A stretch of 64,000 nt of DNA from an uncultured bacterium (lineage in GTDB: Bacteria; Margulisbacteria; WOR-1; CAVSGV01), in NCBI GenBank assembly GCA_963768305.1, contig CAVYHE010000009.1:96001-160000 (forward strand), given 5' to 3'. The notes under the pieces were generated by a model. It saw only the letters and a list, made by a program, of their open reading frames with translations. It searched no databases and was not told where the DNA came from. Below, in pieces: positions 51,761-62,216 of this stretch (the first letter of the stretch is position 1; every line of letters starts with the position of its first letter). The translations under genes and the position numbers were made by a program.

Positions 51761-53650
51761 TTATTTAGCTCCTTTTTGGTCCAATGGGATAAAGCGGTAC
51801 TTTTTATAAGGCGTCGCTCCGAACCTGTCCCCGTAATCTATCTCAAGCCAGCTCGCCTGCCCGACACGGTGCGAATATACGTCTATCCTTATATCGGTCA
51901 CATCTTCGGATACGCTGGCCAGATCATGCATTGTGGAAGGCACCTTGTCCGGAGGGATCTCTCCCAACAGGATATTATTGAAACCGAAGAATTTTATCTT
52001 GAACCTGCCGTTCCCCGCGTTCACTTTCCTCCCGTGAGTTATATATTTCCATAATGGCTGTCCCCTTTCTTTTCTTGACAGATGTCTGCCGCGCAGCGCC
52101 GTCATTAGGCTGAAAAGAGGATCATTGGGATTGGTTATTCTCCTGAGATCCTCTATCTTCCAGTTTAAATGCGGGCAGATCGATTCCAATGCCTGGAACG
52201 CGATATTGTATTCATGAGAGCCGCAGGTATATCTTATGCCCGCGTATCCGTCCTGGAGCTGCAGATGCTTAAAAGTGTCGACATTTTGCCTTTCGTGTTC
52301 CAGATATTTCCCCATCGGGATATTTTTGTTCCATTTCACCGGCTCGATTATTCGAATGGTCTTGAAGTCTTTCGCGTTCTCCTGGAGTTCCGTTCCAAGC
52401 TGAATTGACGAAGCAAAGTCAAGATATGCTTCATCGATGATCGAATCGTCATCGGCAGGAATGATATGCAAGAATCCCGGCTTTTCCTCTACCCAAGCAA
52501 GCTTGTTCCCGGATTTTTGAACTAACTCTTCCCCTTTCGGCAAATATTTTATCGCCCATTTATGCTGAGCATCCACAAAACCGGTCGGTTCACTTTGCAT
52601 GAACACCCATGTTATCCTGCCGTTAGGACCATGGCCGGGCCTCCAGCAAATGGGGTCAACCGGGTCCGGAGGCAGATTGTCTATGTCGCTGTAAAATCCT
52701 CTCACCCTTATCATCTTGCCCTGTATGAGCAGATCTATATCCACTAACTGGGCGCCGGCAGGAAGGGGGTTATTTATTAGCTCTATCTCATCCGAAGAGG
52801 ATTGCGAAAGCCCCAGGACCTTCCGGTAAGCGGGCTCTTCCCGGTTGAAATATATATATTTCGAGGTCCGCGAAGAATGATCATAGGCGGGATTGTATAT
52901 CCTGATATATTTCGGGGGAATAAGGTCCCATTGGAACGATTCTCCGTCGGGATGGACAATGCCCACCCTGTATAAGTTGTCCCCTACGTGGGTCTGTAAA
53001 TTAGAAACGTTCGCATTTTTTGTCGGGGTCTGATCATCGCAGTCGGAAGCTTTTCTGATGACCTGCGTCAATGGAACGGAATAACAGCCTAGATACCACT
53101 TGTAAAGCCGTTCCATTTCACTTCTTTTTTGCCCGCTAGACAGATCATTTTCCACCCTTTCCAGCTCTTCCGCCAGATCGGTGAATTCCTTGCCCTTTAT
53201 CCTCAGAAGTTCGTATGCCCTTCTGATAAGAGGTTGGAATTTTTCCTTGTCCATATTGAACCAGCCTGTTGTCGAAGGACCGTTCAGCAAATGCCTCATT
53301 CTCGGAACATAACAATTCAAGTTGGTCCCGCTGTAACTATTTCCGCTGAAATGGTCCCCCAGATGTCTTATTACTTCGATCAGGTCTCTGTATGCTATAT
53401 TGACATCGCCCGTGTTTTGGTAAATGTCCCATTTGTCCCGGAATTGATCGTATATTTCCTTCTGCCAGGCTTCTACCGCCGGATTGACCACCGTAGATGC
53501 CTCCCTCAGCTCCGCTACTTTATCGGCCGACTCAAAGGGGTGCGCTTCCACGAGATAAGCCACCTGGGTCCTTGGATGCGGCATGATCAGCATGTTGATG
53601 AATTTCGAAAAATTCCTCGTCTTCTCCACCACATAAGTGTTTATTCTCAA
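51761..53650 (-). CDS. Probable N-proximal part of the same GT2 catalytic domain, with large insertions
   Basis: PRTQVAYLVEAHPFESADKV resembles the first GT2 strand (PxVxVxxPxYNE); HIIPADDDS resembles the DDG motif. Confidence 0.45.
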   Translation of the reverse strand: MRINTYVVEKTRNFSKFINMLIMPHPRTQVAYLVEAHPFESADKVAELREASTVVNPAVEAWQKEIYDQFRDKWDIYQNTGDVNIAYRDLIEVIRHLGDHFSGNSYSGTNLNCYVPRMRHLLNGPSTTGWFNMDKEKFQPLIRRAYELLRIKGKEFTDLAEELERVENDLSSGQKRSEMERLYKWYLGCYSVPLTQVIRKASDCDDQTPTKNANVSNLQTHVGDNLYRVGIVHPDGESFQWDLIPPKYIRIYNPAYDHSSRTSKYIYFNREEPAYRKVLGLSQSSSDEIELINNPLPAGAQLVDIDLLIQGKMIRVRGFYSDIDNLPPDPVDPICWRPGHGPNGRITWVFMQSEPTGFVDAQHKWAIKYLPKGEELVQKSGNKLAWVEEKPGFLHIIPADDDSIIDEAYLDFASSIQLGTELQENAKDFKTIRIIEPVKWNKNIPMGKYLEHERQNVDTFKHLQLQDGYAGIRYTCGSHEYNIAFQALESICPHLNWKIEDLRRITNPNDPLFSLMTALRGRHLSRKERGQPLWKYITHGRKVNAGNGRFKIKFFGFNNILLGEIPPDKVPSTMHDLASVSEDVTDIRIDVYSHRVGQASWLEIDYGDRFGATPYKKYRFIPLDQKGAK

Positions 53651-53681
53651 AACACTCTTATTAAATTTACTCCTGGCCCCG

Positions 53682-55037
53682 TCAGAGAATCAGAGGGTCA
53701 AAGGTCGCAAAGACCGAAAGGATAGAGTTAAGCTGCCAGCCGTTGGAATGGATGCCGGAATGAAAATCTCCCCTCAACGCCCAGTTGCCCATAAGGAAAG
53801 TGGCAAAAGGCCAAATGAACTCCCCGCCGGACAGCATGATCCCAGCGCCAAGAGCAGGCCCATATTTAAAGCCGAGCTGCGTCAGTTTAGAGCCAAGCAA
53901 GGAGGCTATGGGCATCCTGTCTGCCTGCCCGTGTTTGATCCCCTGATAAAGCGCTTCGGCAGCTTTTTTCCCGAGGTATCTGTTCAACAGCAACCCCGCC
54001 GGGATAAATAAGCCTTGTATCGCGGTCGCGTCAAGCGGAAGACCGTGCGCTATGATGACAAGAGTTGCCGCGTAAAGGATCAGCCTTGTCGCAAGATAAT
54101 GGTTCTGCGCCCAGAGCGTCAGATGCGGCAGCAAGAGATTGTCTTTGACCTGTTTATCCGTGTAGGATTGTAACAGCCCATATTGCGCGTCTATCCCTCT
54201 TCTTATGTCCGATACCGTTTTCCACCCCACGATCATGCCCAGCCCCGTTCCTATGGCAAGAGGCACTTTCCAGGAAATGCCTTTTAACGCGGCCAAGATG
54301 TCAACGCCGGTACCGGCCACGGCATTGGTTGCCAGGTATAAACCGCCTAACAGGGCCACCCAAAAAAGCCTTTTCCCGACACCGGTTATTTTTGCGGTCA
54401 CGGAATAAGGATTCTTTGTCTTGATGATCATGGAGGCCAAACTGAAAGCGGCCAGTCCCGCGATGGCAAAAGGAACTATGTTCGCTGACAAGACCGCGGT
54501 CACTGCCGCACTGGCATACGCGAGAGTCGGGCTCGCGAGGAAAAGGAGGCTGGCGGCTTTTACAAGCCCTTTCGCGGAAAGCAGCGAAGAACTTTTTTCG
54601 GGCAGTCCCCACTTTGCGGAGGTTTTGAGCGACGCCTGGGTATTTTCAATGAGCTTCTCCATCCCGGGATAAAGCAACTTGTTGGTCCTTGTGATCTCTT
54701 CAGCTTGGCATTTTAATGCTTCGGCGTGATCGATGTTTTCATGATCGCCGCTCTTTATCGCCTTTGTGAATATTTTTATGCTGCTTCCTGCTCCCTGCAC
54801 TTCCGCCAGCGAGGTCTGTATCTCGCCGATGCTATGTGTCGCATCAATGTTCTTAAATGCCACGGAGGTGATATCAGTTATCCTGCGGGGTGTATCGACT
54901 GCCAATGGATGCCGCATGAACACTTTGAAATCGTTCGGGCGCATCGCGAACGCGGAACGGGACGGCATCCTGCCGTTAGACTTAACGATGTTAAGTTTTT
55001 GCCCGATATTTGGTTTTGTAAAATTAATCCCTGCCAT
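53682..55037 (-). CDS. Polytopic membrane protein with a ~150-aa soluble leader; probable N-terminal part of the giant GT2
   Basis: About 7-8 hydrophobic segments; the downstream ORF's frame opens just before this ORF's stop. Confidence 0.6.
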   Translation of the reverse strand: MAGINFTKPNIGQKLNIVKSNGRMPSRSAFAMRPNDFKVFMRHPLAVDTPRRITDITSVAFKNIDATHSIGEIQTSLAEVQGAGSSIKIFTKAIKSGDHENIDHAEALKCQAEEITRTNKLLYPGMEKLIENTQASLKTSAKWGLPEKSSSLLSAKGLVKAASLLFLASPTLAYASAAVTAVLSANIVPFAIAGLAAFSLASMIIKTKNPYSVTAKITGVGKRLFWVALLGGLYLATNAVAGTGVDILAALKGISWKVPLAIGTGLGMIVGWKTVSDIRRGIDAQYGLLQSYTDKQVKDNLLLPHLTLWAQNHYLATRLILYAATLVIIAHGLPLDATAIQGLFIPAGLLLNRYLGKKAAEALYQGIKHGQADRMPIASLLGSKLTQLGFKYGPALGAGIMLSGGEFIWPFATFLMGNWALRGDFHSGIHSNGWQLNSILSVFATFDPLIL

Positions 55038-55098
55038 TTTCCCCACTTCCCAAATAAGCTAAAAATATCATTTCCGCCTTGTACTCCCCTCTATATAT

Positions 55099-55126
55099 AT
55101 ATCGTCAAAAATGGTCGGAAATTTCA
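55099..55126 (-). promoter_or_regulatory. sigma28-like promoter P6
   Basis: TGAAA-tttccgaccattttt-GACGATAT. Confidence 0.75.
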
Positions 55127-55192
55127 TAGTGGAAAAGGGGTTTTGGGAGGCATGCGGCGGGGATTTAGATCAGTATGCGGACCTCGCCTGTT

Positions 55193-57636
55193 TCATGCTT
55201 TTTTTCTGGAATCCTTATTTATCTTTTTTAATAATTTTTGGTATGACTCCAAGGCGGAAACTGTGAATATGGTGCACCAGGAATTTATATCATAAAGGTC
55301 GGTTCCGGTCTCATTTTCGCCGTATCTAATGCCTCCGTTAATATGCTTATTCGAAGTTTGTAAATGCTGAAAATCCCTTAATCTGCCCGCAATTGCGCTA
55401 AGGTTCGCAAAATATTTTTCATGCAGATAACCCTGCTCTCATAAGAATGGAACCCAGACGAAGCGTCTGCGCCGTGCCATCGGATCTTTGGAATGGCAAA
55501 AATTCGCCCTTCCTGAACATGAACCTTATTCCGCCGTCAGAAAGCTGGTTATCCAGCAGCCATATGGGTCGCTTTGCTTGCGGCATGCATGAATTTCACC
55601 GCTAGATCGCGGTTTTTATGGTGCCTCAACAGGAATAAGCCGGTTGAAAGAAGCCCTTCCGCCGCATAGCAGTGCGGATGAGCATGCGTCGCATCTTCAT
55701 TCGGCTCGGTAATGAAGCGCCCGCTTGGGCGCTGAAATTTCAACGCATTCTCGCATAAAGAAATTGCAGTATCAAAATAGACCTTATTTTTCGTTTGCTC
55801 GTATAATCGCAGGAATCCCTCCGCGTTCTTGGCATGGAACGCTCCGGCATGCATGGACCAATTTTCAAAGGAATTCATCGGCTGCTTAGTCGCAGGATCA
55901 AAATAAGAATAAAAACCGCTCTGTCCCATTTTCAGATCGTTTATCAAAAAAGCGGCTATCTTTTCTGCTGTTTCCAGATATTTTTCTTCCACTTTCAGAT
56001 CTTTTTCTTCCTTTGTTATCCTGTAAACATCCACCAATCCTTTGAGTATAGTCCCGTTGTCAAAACCATAACAATAACGATGACGGTCCGGCATGTCCGC
56101 AGAAGATCTGTATATCCTTGCGGGGACCGCCAGTCCGCTGCCGGTAGGTTTTAGTATGTTATCAACAGAATCTGCGGCCATGATAGCATGGGCCTAAAAG
56201 CTCTTTTTTATTATGGGAGGCTCTTGTACAACTGCAAAAAAGAGCTCATTGCATATCCCGTTATTTCAGGATAAATAAAAGGATATTCTCCGCCGTTCTT
56301 CCTGAATCGAACTTCTCCCGACAGGCCGGGACGGAACAATTTCGGCCGATAATAACCCTTTATGCGCCCCTGCTCATCTTGAATGCCGGACCTGATAAGC
56401 CATCTTATCGCGGAATTTTCACTTTTCTTAAGGTCTTCATCGTCGACCTTGACGGGGAAATGGAAATATTTGATCAATCGTTCAACTATCCGTTTGGCCG
56501 CATCCCCTTTCCCATAGACATCGCTTTTCCCGCTGGACATCTTTTTGTGGGTTGCCGGATCTGATAATATTTTTTCGACATATTTAACGATAGTGTCGGT
56601 ATCGTGTATGCCTGCAAGAATAGCGGTGCCGGATTCAACAGATTCCTTGCGTTCTGTGATATTCTTGACTATTACTGTAGGTTTTTTTAAAATAGTGGCT
56701 TCTTCCGTAAGTCCGCCCGAATCAGTTATCACCAACTTGCATTTTTTCAGCAGAAAAAGTGTGGACAAATAATCCCCTGGTCTTATCAAGTAAATATTTT
56801 TTACATTTTTGAGACTGGAATAAGCGACTTTTTTGACCGCAGGATTCAAATGGACGGGATAAATAATGTTTATTTCGGGATGCTTCAACGCGATTGTCTT
56901 AATGGCGTCAAAGATCACTTTCATCGGTTCCCCGATGTTTTCGCTCCTGTGGCAGGTGAACAGAATGAATTCCTTGTTGTCTTTCAATATTTCGTCCACG
57001 GGCAGACGGCGATACTTCCTGGGATTCTTCAGAATATAATTCACGGCATCAACGACGGTATTTCCAGTCATGAATATTTCATTTCGCGGAACACGCTCTT
57101 TCAATAAGTTATTGGCGGCAATATCTGTAGGCGCAAAATTCAATGAAGTAACTCTTGAGATCATGCTCCGGAAAGCTTCTTCCGGATAAGGGGAGAATCT
57201 ATTATAGGTTCGGAGGCCCGCTTCCACATGCGCCACGGGAATTTTATGAAAAAACGCGCATATCGCCGCGGCAAAAGCGGTCTCAGTATCACCCTGTACA
57301 AGGACCAATGACGGTCTTTCTTTGTCATATACCGGCCCCAGTTTCACAACCAACCTGTTCAACAGATCTTCCTTTTTTTGTAAAGGACGCATTGTTTCCA
57401 AGCGATAAGAATTTATAATCCTTTTGCCTTATCCCGAAAAGCGGAAGTATCCCCCGGCTCAACTGTTTATGCTGCCCTGTATGAATAATGATGGGGGTAA
57501 AATGATCCGCATTCTCGTGCAATTCCTTTATCACCGGAGCCATCTTTATCATATCGGGCCGGGTGCCGAATACGACGGCGATCTTAGCGGGTTTAGCCCC
57601 GAATCTTTTTATAGCTTGTGCACCTTTTATGTTCAA
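55193..57636 (-). CDS. wecB: UDP-N-acetylglucosamine 2-epimerase fused to a C-terminal (alpha/alpha)6-barrel-like domain; several frameshifts
   Basis: VFGTRPD, HTGQH, LVQGDT, AHVEAGLRT, SPYPEE, TGNTVVDA, TDSGG, TERKE and YGKGDAA; the same ORF continues into YPFIYPEITGY; later fragments HPHCYAAEGL, RSDGTAQ and NSWCTIF. Confidence 0.85.
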
Positions 57637-57658
57637 CTGTTGCCTCCGTGCCGAAAAA

Positions 57659-59521
57659 TTAACATTTTTTGAATTCCTTGATGTTGCGGATCAGTTCGTT
57701 TAAAACATCATCGGGAAGCTTTTTGCCCGTCTCATCAACGACCTCGAATATCAGGATGCTTGCGTTGTTCTTTGTCAGGCTCCAATCGGCCCTTATGCTC
57801 AAGGGGAAAGGCTTTCCGTTAAAAGTGAATTTACTGCCTAAAAACACGTCCAATGCCGCGCGCAAACGCATGCCCTCATTTGAAACCACTGTGATCTCCG
57901 TGCTGTCCGGCACCACATCAGTGCTTCCGTCAACGACCCTGATCACCGGATCTTTTTCTTCTTTTTTTCCTGCCATTTGTAGCAGGTAAATTTCAAACAG
58001 GGCCCTGAGCTGCTGAATTTGTTCCATGAGCCTGTCAATGGATGCGTCTTCAAAATGCTTGGTCGGCATGCCGCCTATGCAAAGCTGGGCGAACTCCCTG
58101 TCCGTTGTCTCATCGATAAGGTAAGTCCGCTTCTCATCCATCGACATATATGTTTCGGTCTCCAAAGGTATCTTGACCATGCCGGTTTTCGGCGTGATCA
58201 GAAGTTCTCCGCCTGTTCCTTTTTCTTCGCTGTAAGGGTCCAGCACTCCTCCAACAAAGGTGATGTTCTCGACGCAGGAGTTGGCTCCGATAATATTCGG
58301 CGAATGAGGATCGCTTGAAGGGAAAAATACACAATTTTTCGCTCTGACGCCTTCCTCTATGACCACGCCTTCCCTTACAACACATTTTTCAAGATATGCC
58401 CCTTTTTTGACGATCGCCCCGTGACTTATTATGCATTTTTTCAACATGGCATCAGGAGCTATCGCATTAGCGTCAAGTTTCCCGTCGTGTTTACCCTGCC
58501 ATCCCCATGTCATCATTTTCCAGAAAACCCCGTCTTCCAGACCTGAATCGATCTTCCCGTCCAGAATGTCCATGTTCGCCTGCCAGAGCCTTTGTTTTGA
58601 GCCCACATCAAGCCAGTAGGTCTTTTTGCCGTCGCTTTCATCCGGCATCAAGAAAGCCTGGAAAAAATATTTTTCCGGATTTTGCAATATCCAGGGGAAC
58701 ACATGGCGTGACATATCATAAAAATATTTACCCGGGACCTCTATCTCTCCTTCGGAAGGATAGTATGATACTTTAGGGATAATATCCTTTATAAGATCAC
58801 CGTCGATTATAACAATGGCGGAATCACCCAGGTTGCCAAGGCATCTTCTTCTCGGCAGCTTTTCCGCATACCCGATCACGTCAAAGAATTTTTGACCTGT
58901 CTTCATTGCTTCTTTGAACCATTTCTCTGTTTCGTTCTCGAACTCCGCCCAATCATGAAAATCCCCTCTTTTCGGCATTCCGTTCAATCGAACTGACCCG
59001 AAATTCACCATCATGTCCCAATTTTGGATCGGGTTCACCATTATCGTTATGCCTGGCTTCATGCTTTTTTGCGCCTTTTCACAATGCCCCTTTATCATCG
59101 GCTGAAGGTTAACATTGTGAATAACGTCCCCGTGAAGTATCAAAGCGGATTCTTCACTGTTGATGCCGCTCACCTGAGCCAGATTTTTTACCGATCCACC
59201 CGTGCCAAACAGCCTGTTTTCGTCGACCCAGTTTATTTCCATCCCTGCATTCCGGAAAACATCTATGGCTTTGTAATTCCTGATAGATTCCGCGTTAGTG
59301 TGAAGATTTATCCAGACCTTGTTCAAGCCGGCTTTTTTTGCGGCTTCCAGGGAGAAGTCGATCGCCTTCCTGTTCCCGACGATAGCGGCAGGCTTTGCAA
59401 AAGGATATTTCGGCGACTGAATTAAAGGATGGAATTTCCTGTGCATCCAGAGCTTGAAGCCGGACCCGCCGGCCAGGATAAAACATTTATATTTAGATGA
59501 AACTTCACTGTTAATGGCCAT
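57659..59521 (-). CDS. NDP-sugar pyrophosphorylase (ManC/GlgC-like) with a left-handed beta-helix and a C-terminal extension
   Basis: ILAGGSG..LW, KPAAIVGN, FGTGGSVK, LHGDV, YAEK, YWLDVG and hexapeptide repeats. Confidence 0.8.
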   Translation of the reverse strand: MAINSEVSSKYKCFILAGGSGFKLWMHRKFHPLIQSPKYPFAKPAAIVGNRKAIDFSLEAAKKAGLNKVWINLHTNAESIRNYKAIDVFRNAGMEINWVDENRLFGTGGSVKNLAQVSGINSEESALILHGDVIHNVNLQPMIKGHCEKAQKSMKPGITIMVNPIQNWDMMVNFGSVRLNGMPKRGDFHDWAEFENETEKWFKEAMKTGQKFFDVIGYAEKLPRRRCLGNLGDSAIVIIDGDLIKDIIPKVSYYPSEGEIEVPGKYFYDMSRHVFPWILQNPEKYFFQAFLMPDESDGKKTYWLDVGSKQRLWQANMDILDGKIDSGLEDGVFWKMMTWGWQGKHDGKLDANAIAPDAMLKKCIISHGAIVKKGAYLEKCVVREGVVIEEGVRAKNCVFFPSSDPHSPNIIGANSCVENITFVGGVLDPYSEEKGTGGELLITPKTGMVKIPLETETYMSMDEKRTYLIDETTDREFAQLCIGGMPTKHFEDASIDRLMEQIQQLRALFEIYLLQMAGKKEEKDPVIRVVDGSTDVVPDSTEITVVSNEGMRLRAALDVFLGSKFTFNGKPFPLSIRADWSLTKNNASILIFEVVDETGKKLPDDVLNELIRNIKEFKKC

Positions 59522-59545
59522 CCCCTCCCAGGTCCCCGAAAATGC

Positions 59546-60262
59546 TTAAAACTCCGCCTTTCTTGCGATTCGAAAACCGATGAATTCTGCTCGGTCATCC
59601 GGGAGGAAGCCGTGCCGGTCTGTCGCGCAAAGATCATCTTCCGCCGCGACCGATCTTAAGCTTCCGCGGATCTCCATTTCTCCCCCGTGTAAAGGACCTT
59701 TTGGATCTTTGATATCTATTGGATCAAAATCGCCATATTTTGTGCTTGTCCATTCAAAATTATCCCTGAAAAGGCGTTTCGGATACAAGCCCTCCCAGCA
59801 CAGCTCGCGCGACATGCGCGCGACGAATTCCCATTGAGCGGAAGACGGAATGAAATATTTGGCCCCGGTTCTTTTACTGATCCAATTCACATAAGCAAGG
59901 GCCTCCGAGAAATTAACGCATGACAAAGACTGGTCAGGCTTGCCTTTTTTAAGGATATTTATAAGCTTTTCCGCGTCATTGCCAACGATCGAATAATGAG
60001 CATCAGATAGAAAATATCTAAAATCGCCGACAGTGACCTTGTTCACTCCGATATAAAAAGGCCTTGTAATGAACACTTCGGCGGCTAAGGCTTTCTTCTC
60101 GCCAAAAAGCTGGCTTCCAGCCGCAGGGAACGAACCAGCCCTTATATATGCCATCCTCGGCGCACGGAGATTTGACCCATGTTTTGATCTCCCGATACAG
60201 AAAGCTTCGCCGTTCGAATACAATCGTATTGTCCTTCCAGAAGGCTCCCATGGTAATCTCAT
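59546..60262 (-). CDS. FGE-sulfatase/SUMF1-domain protein, divergent
   Basis: PFYIGVNKVTVGDF, VNFSEALAYVNW, IPSSAQWEFVAR, NFEWT and IGFRIAR. Confidence 0.8.
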   Translation of the reverse strand: MRLPWEPSGRTIRLYSNGEAFCIGRSKHGSNLRAPRMAYIRAGSFPAAGSQLFGEKKALAAEVFITRPFYIGVNKVTVGDFRYFLSDAHYSIVGNDAEKLINILKKGKPDQSLSCVNFSEALAYVNWISKRTGAKYFIPSSAQWEFVARMSRELCWEGLYPKRLFRDNFEWTSTKYGDFDPIDIKDPKGPLHGGEMEIRGSLRSVAAEDDLCATDRHGFLPDDRAEFIGFRIARKAEF

Positions 60263-60314
60263 CGTTATCCCTCCTTGATCAAAAAACCCGACATTCTTGC
60301 TTGGACCCTACATA

Positions 60315-60342
60315 TTATCGACAATATTCAATGAAAATTTCA
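60315..60342 (-). promoter_or_regulatory. sigma28-like promoter P7
   Basis: TGAAA-ttttcattgaatatt-GTCGATAA. Confidence 0.75.
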
Positions 60343-60435
60343 CTTTTAAGAGGGTTAGTTTTTGAGGGATTTTCACGGTTCTGTAAAGGGGATAATGGAT
60401 CTCATGACAGGCAATGCAGCGGCTTTTAACGTCTC

Positions 60436-62064
60436 TTAGACCTGAACGTCAATAAGTTCAAAATTATTCTTGAATAATTTATCTGCAAGGTTTTCTTTTG
60501 CCGATTTATCCTTTGAAAGAAGGATATCAAGAACGGCGAATACCTTATGCGCCATCATAGTATAAAAAGTACTGTAGCTGATATTATCTGTAAGGATATT
60601 ACTATAAAGAAATTTCTGCTTATCATGCTTTGCTACCTGCTGAGGGCCTTTCATGCCCAAAAATAGGTTGCGCGGCCCTTCATAAATCTGCAGCTTTTGT
60701 GAATTGGCGGTTATCATTTTTGAGAATTCGTCCCCCATCCAGGAATCATAACCCAGTATGTTGATGAAATTTTCACCCACGTTAGATTGAACACAAGTCG
60801 ACTTTGAAATTATATCTATCGGCGCGGTTTCATCATTAACCTCATCTTTACGGTATTCGGCGCCTTTTATTAAACTATCCACATTCATCCCATAGAATGT
60901 GGAAATTCAAAACTTCGGGTGGTTTCTCTCCGACGCGCGAATATGGTATCCTTGAGGTTTCAATAATTTCTCCGTTTCCGAAATATCCTCCGATCTGGTT
61001 ATTGGCGTTCGCTATGGCCACGGCGAACATCGCCGCATCAGTGGAGCCAAATTTGGCCAGCAATGCCGGGAAAAAATAATACCACAGGAACTCATCTCCG
61101 TTGGAGCTTGCTATCGTTTTTATGCCAAGGTTTTTCATCGCTTCCAATATTCCGTACTGATATGAAAGCGTGGCGTTATCTCCGTGCCCCGCGGGATACA
61201 GTCCTAGCAGCGGCTTGGTCACATCGGCAATATCATAGCGTTGCAACACTCTCTGGTTCCAGCATATTATGTCATCCCCCCACTCACTCGCTTCGGTATT
61301 TTCATTGATATATTTTGAGAAAGGATCGGCGGTCGCGTAAGTATTCATTATGAAATGGGGCGTTCGCACTCCTACAGCACCGGAGATCTTGCGAATAACA
61401 TTGACCAGGATGCCCTTGAAGGTCTTGCCTGTAGAGGGAATAGGATAGAGGCTTCTGGGTGTTTGCGGGTTTACCCTATAATGTTCTACATACGACCCAA
61501 ATTCAGCTTTTGAAAGCTCTTTAGCTGCTCTTGTACCCGCTCCACCGCCTACGTCCAATATACCGACAGAACCAAAACCGTTTTTCTTTTCATTTTGCCC
61601 CCATATTTCAAGGCCTGTTTCAAACGCTTCAAGAAAATCGATGTGATCTTTAAATAATGGGTCTACCTTTCCCTTGCGCGGATCATCATCCTTAAGCAGA
61701 CCATAGGTAAATGGCTTCATTTCAGTAATAGGTGTGGGGGTGAATTCCTTGTCAGATAATCTGTTATACATTTCGACGATGTCTCTTTGAAATTTGAAAA
61801 ATTTTCTGCCAGCACATTTGAATTGTTATTATTGCCTCCTCCTAAAGGCCCTATGCATTGTGGAAGCTTAATATAATCACCAAGCAAAGGCATCCTTTTT
61901 TCTGTTATTTCATCCCGCACTCGTGCCTGAAAGTTATTATCAAAGTTTTGAATGGTTAATGCCGGGTGAAGCGGATTGGCTCCCGTTTTGCGGATATCGG
62001 ACGCGGTCGCAAATCTATGTCGGTGCGCAGACGGGATAGCCTCAATGATTGATTTGATCGCCAT
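60436..62064 (-). CDS. UDP-sugar pyrophosphorylase-like paralog B, split by two frameshifts (ORFs 61717-62064, 60875-61771, 60436-60888)
   Basis: Colinear with the intact paralog at 62217-63806; GGGAGTR, YPAGHGD and SNGD. Confidence 0.75.
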
Positions 62065-62097
62065 AAAAGATTTCTCCTTCTAACTGTTTGCATATAT

Positions 62098-62125
62098 ACA
62101 TCGTCACTTTTTCTTAGAAATTTCA
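62098..62125 (-). promoter_or_regulatory. sigma28-like promoter P8
   Basis: TGAAA-tttctaagaaaaagt-GACGATGT. Confidence 0.7.
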
Positions 62126-62216
62126 TTTTTAAGAAAGTTTTTCAAGAGGTCTATTTCGGCAATTCAAAGGAAATAAAGGCCCTCGCTGATGGAACTATGG
62201 AAGCTTTTAAAGGCTT

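Noticed and set aside
53630..53650. MRINTY as a flagellin-like N-terminus
   Set aside because: The frame is open upstream to the previous ORF's stop, so it is probably internal to a fused gene
57630..57670. Fusion of the NDP-sugar pyrophosphorylase to wecB via an A6 indel
   Set aside because: Possible, but a GGAGG RBS 6 nt before the TTG supports a separate gene
59546..60262. FGE-sulfatase domain as a diversity-generating retroelement target
   Set aside because: No reverse transcriptase and no template repeat of its 3' end is visible in the window
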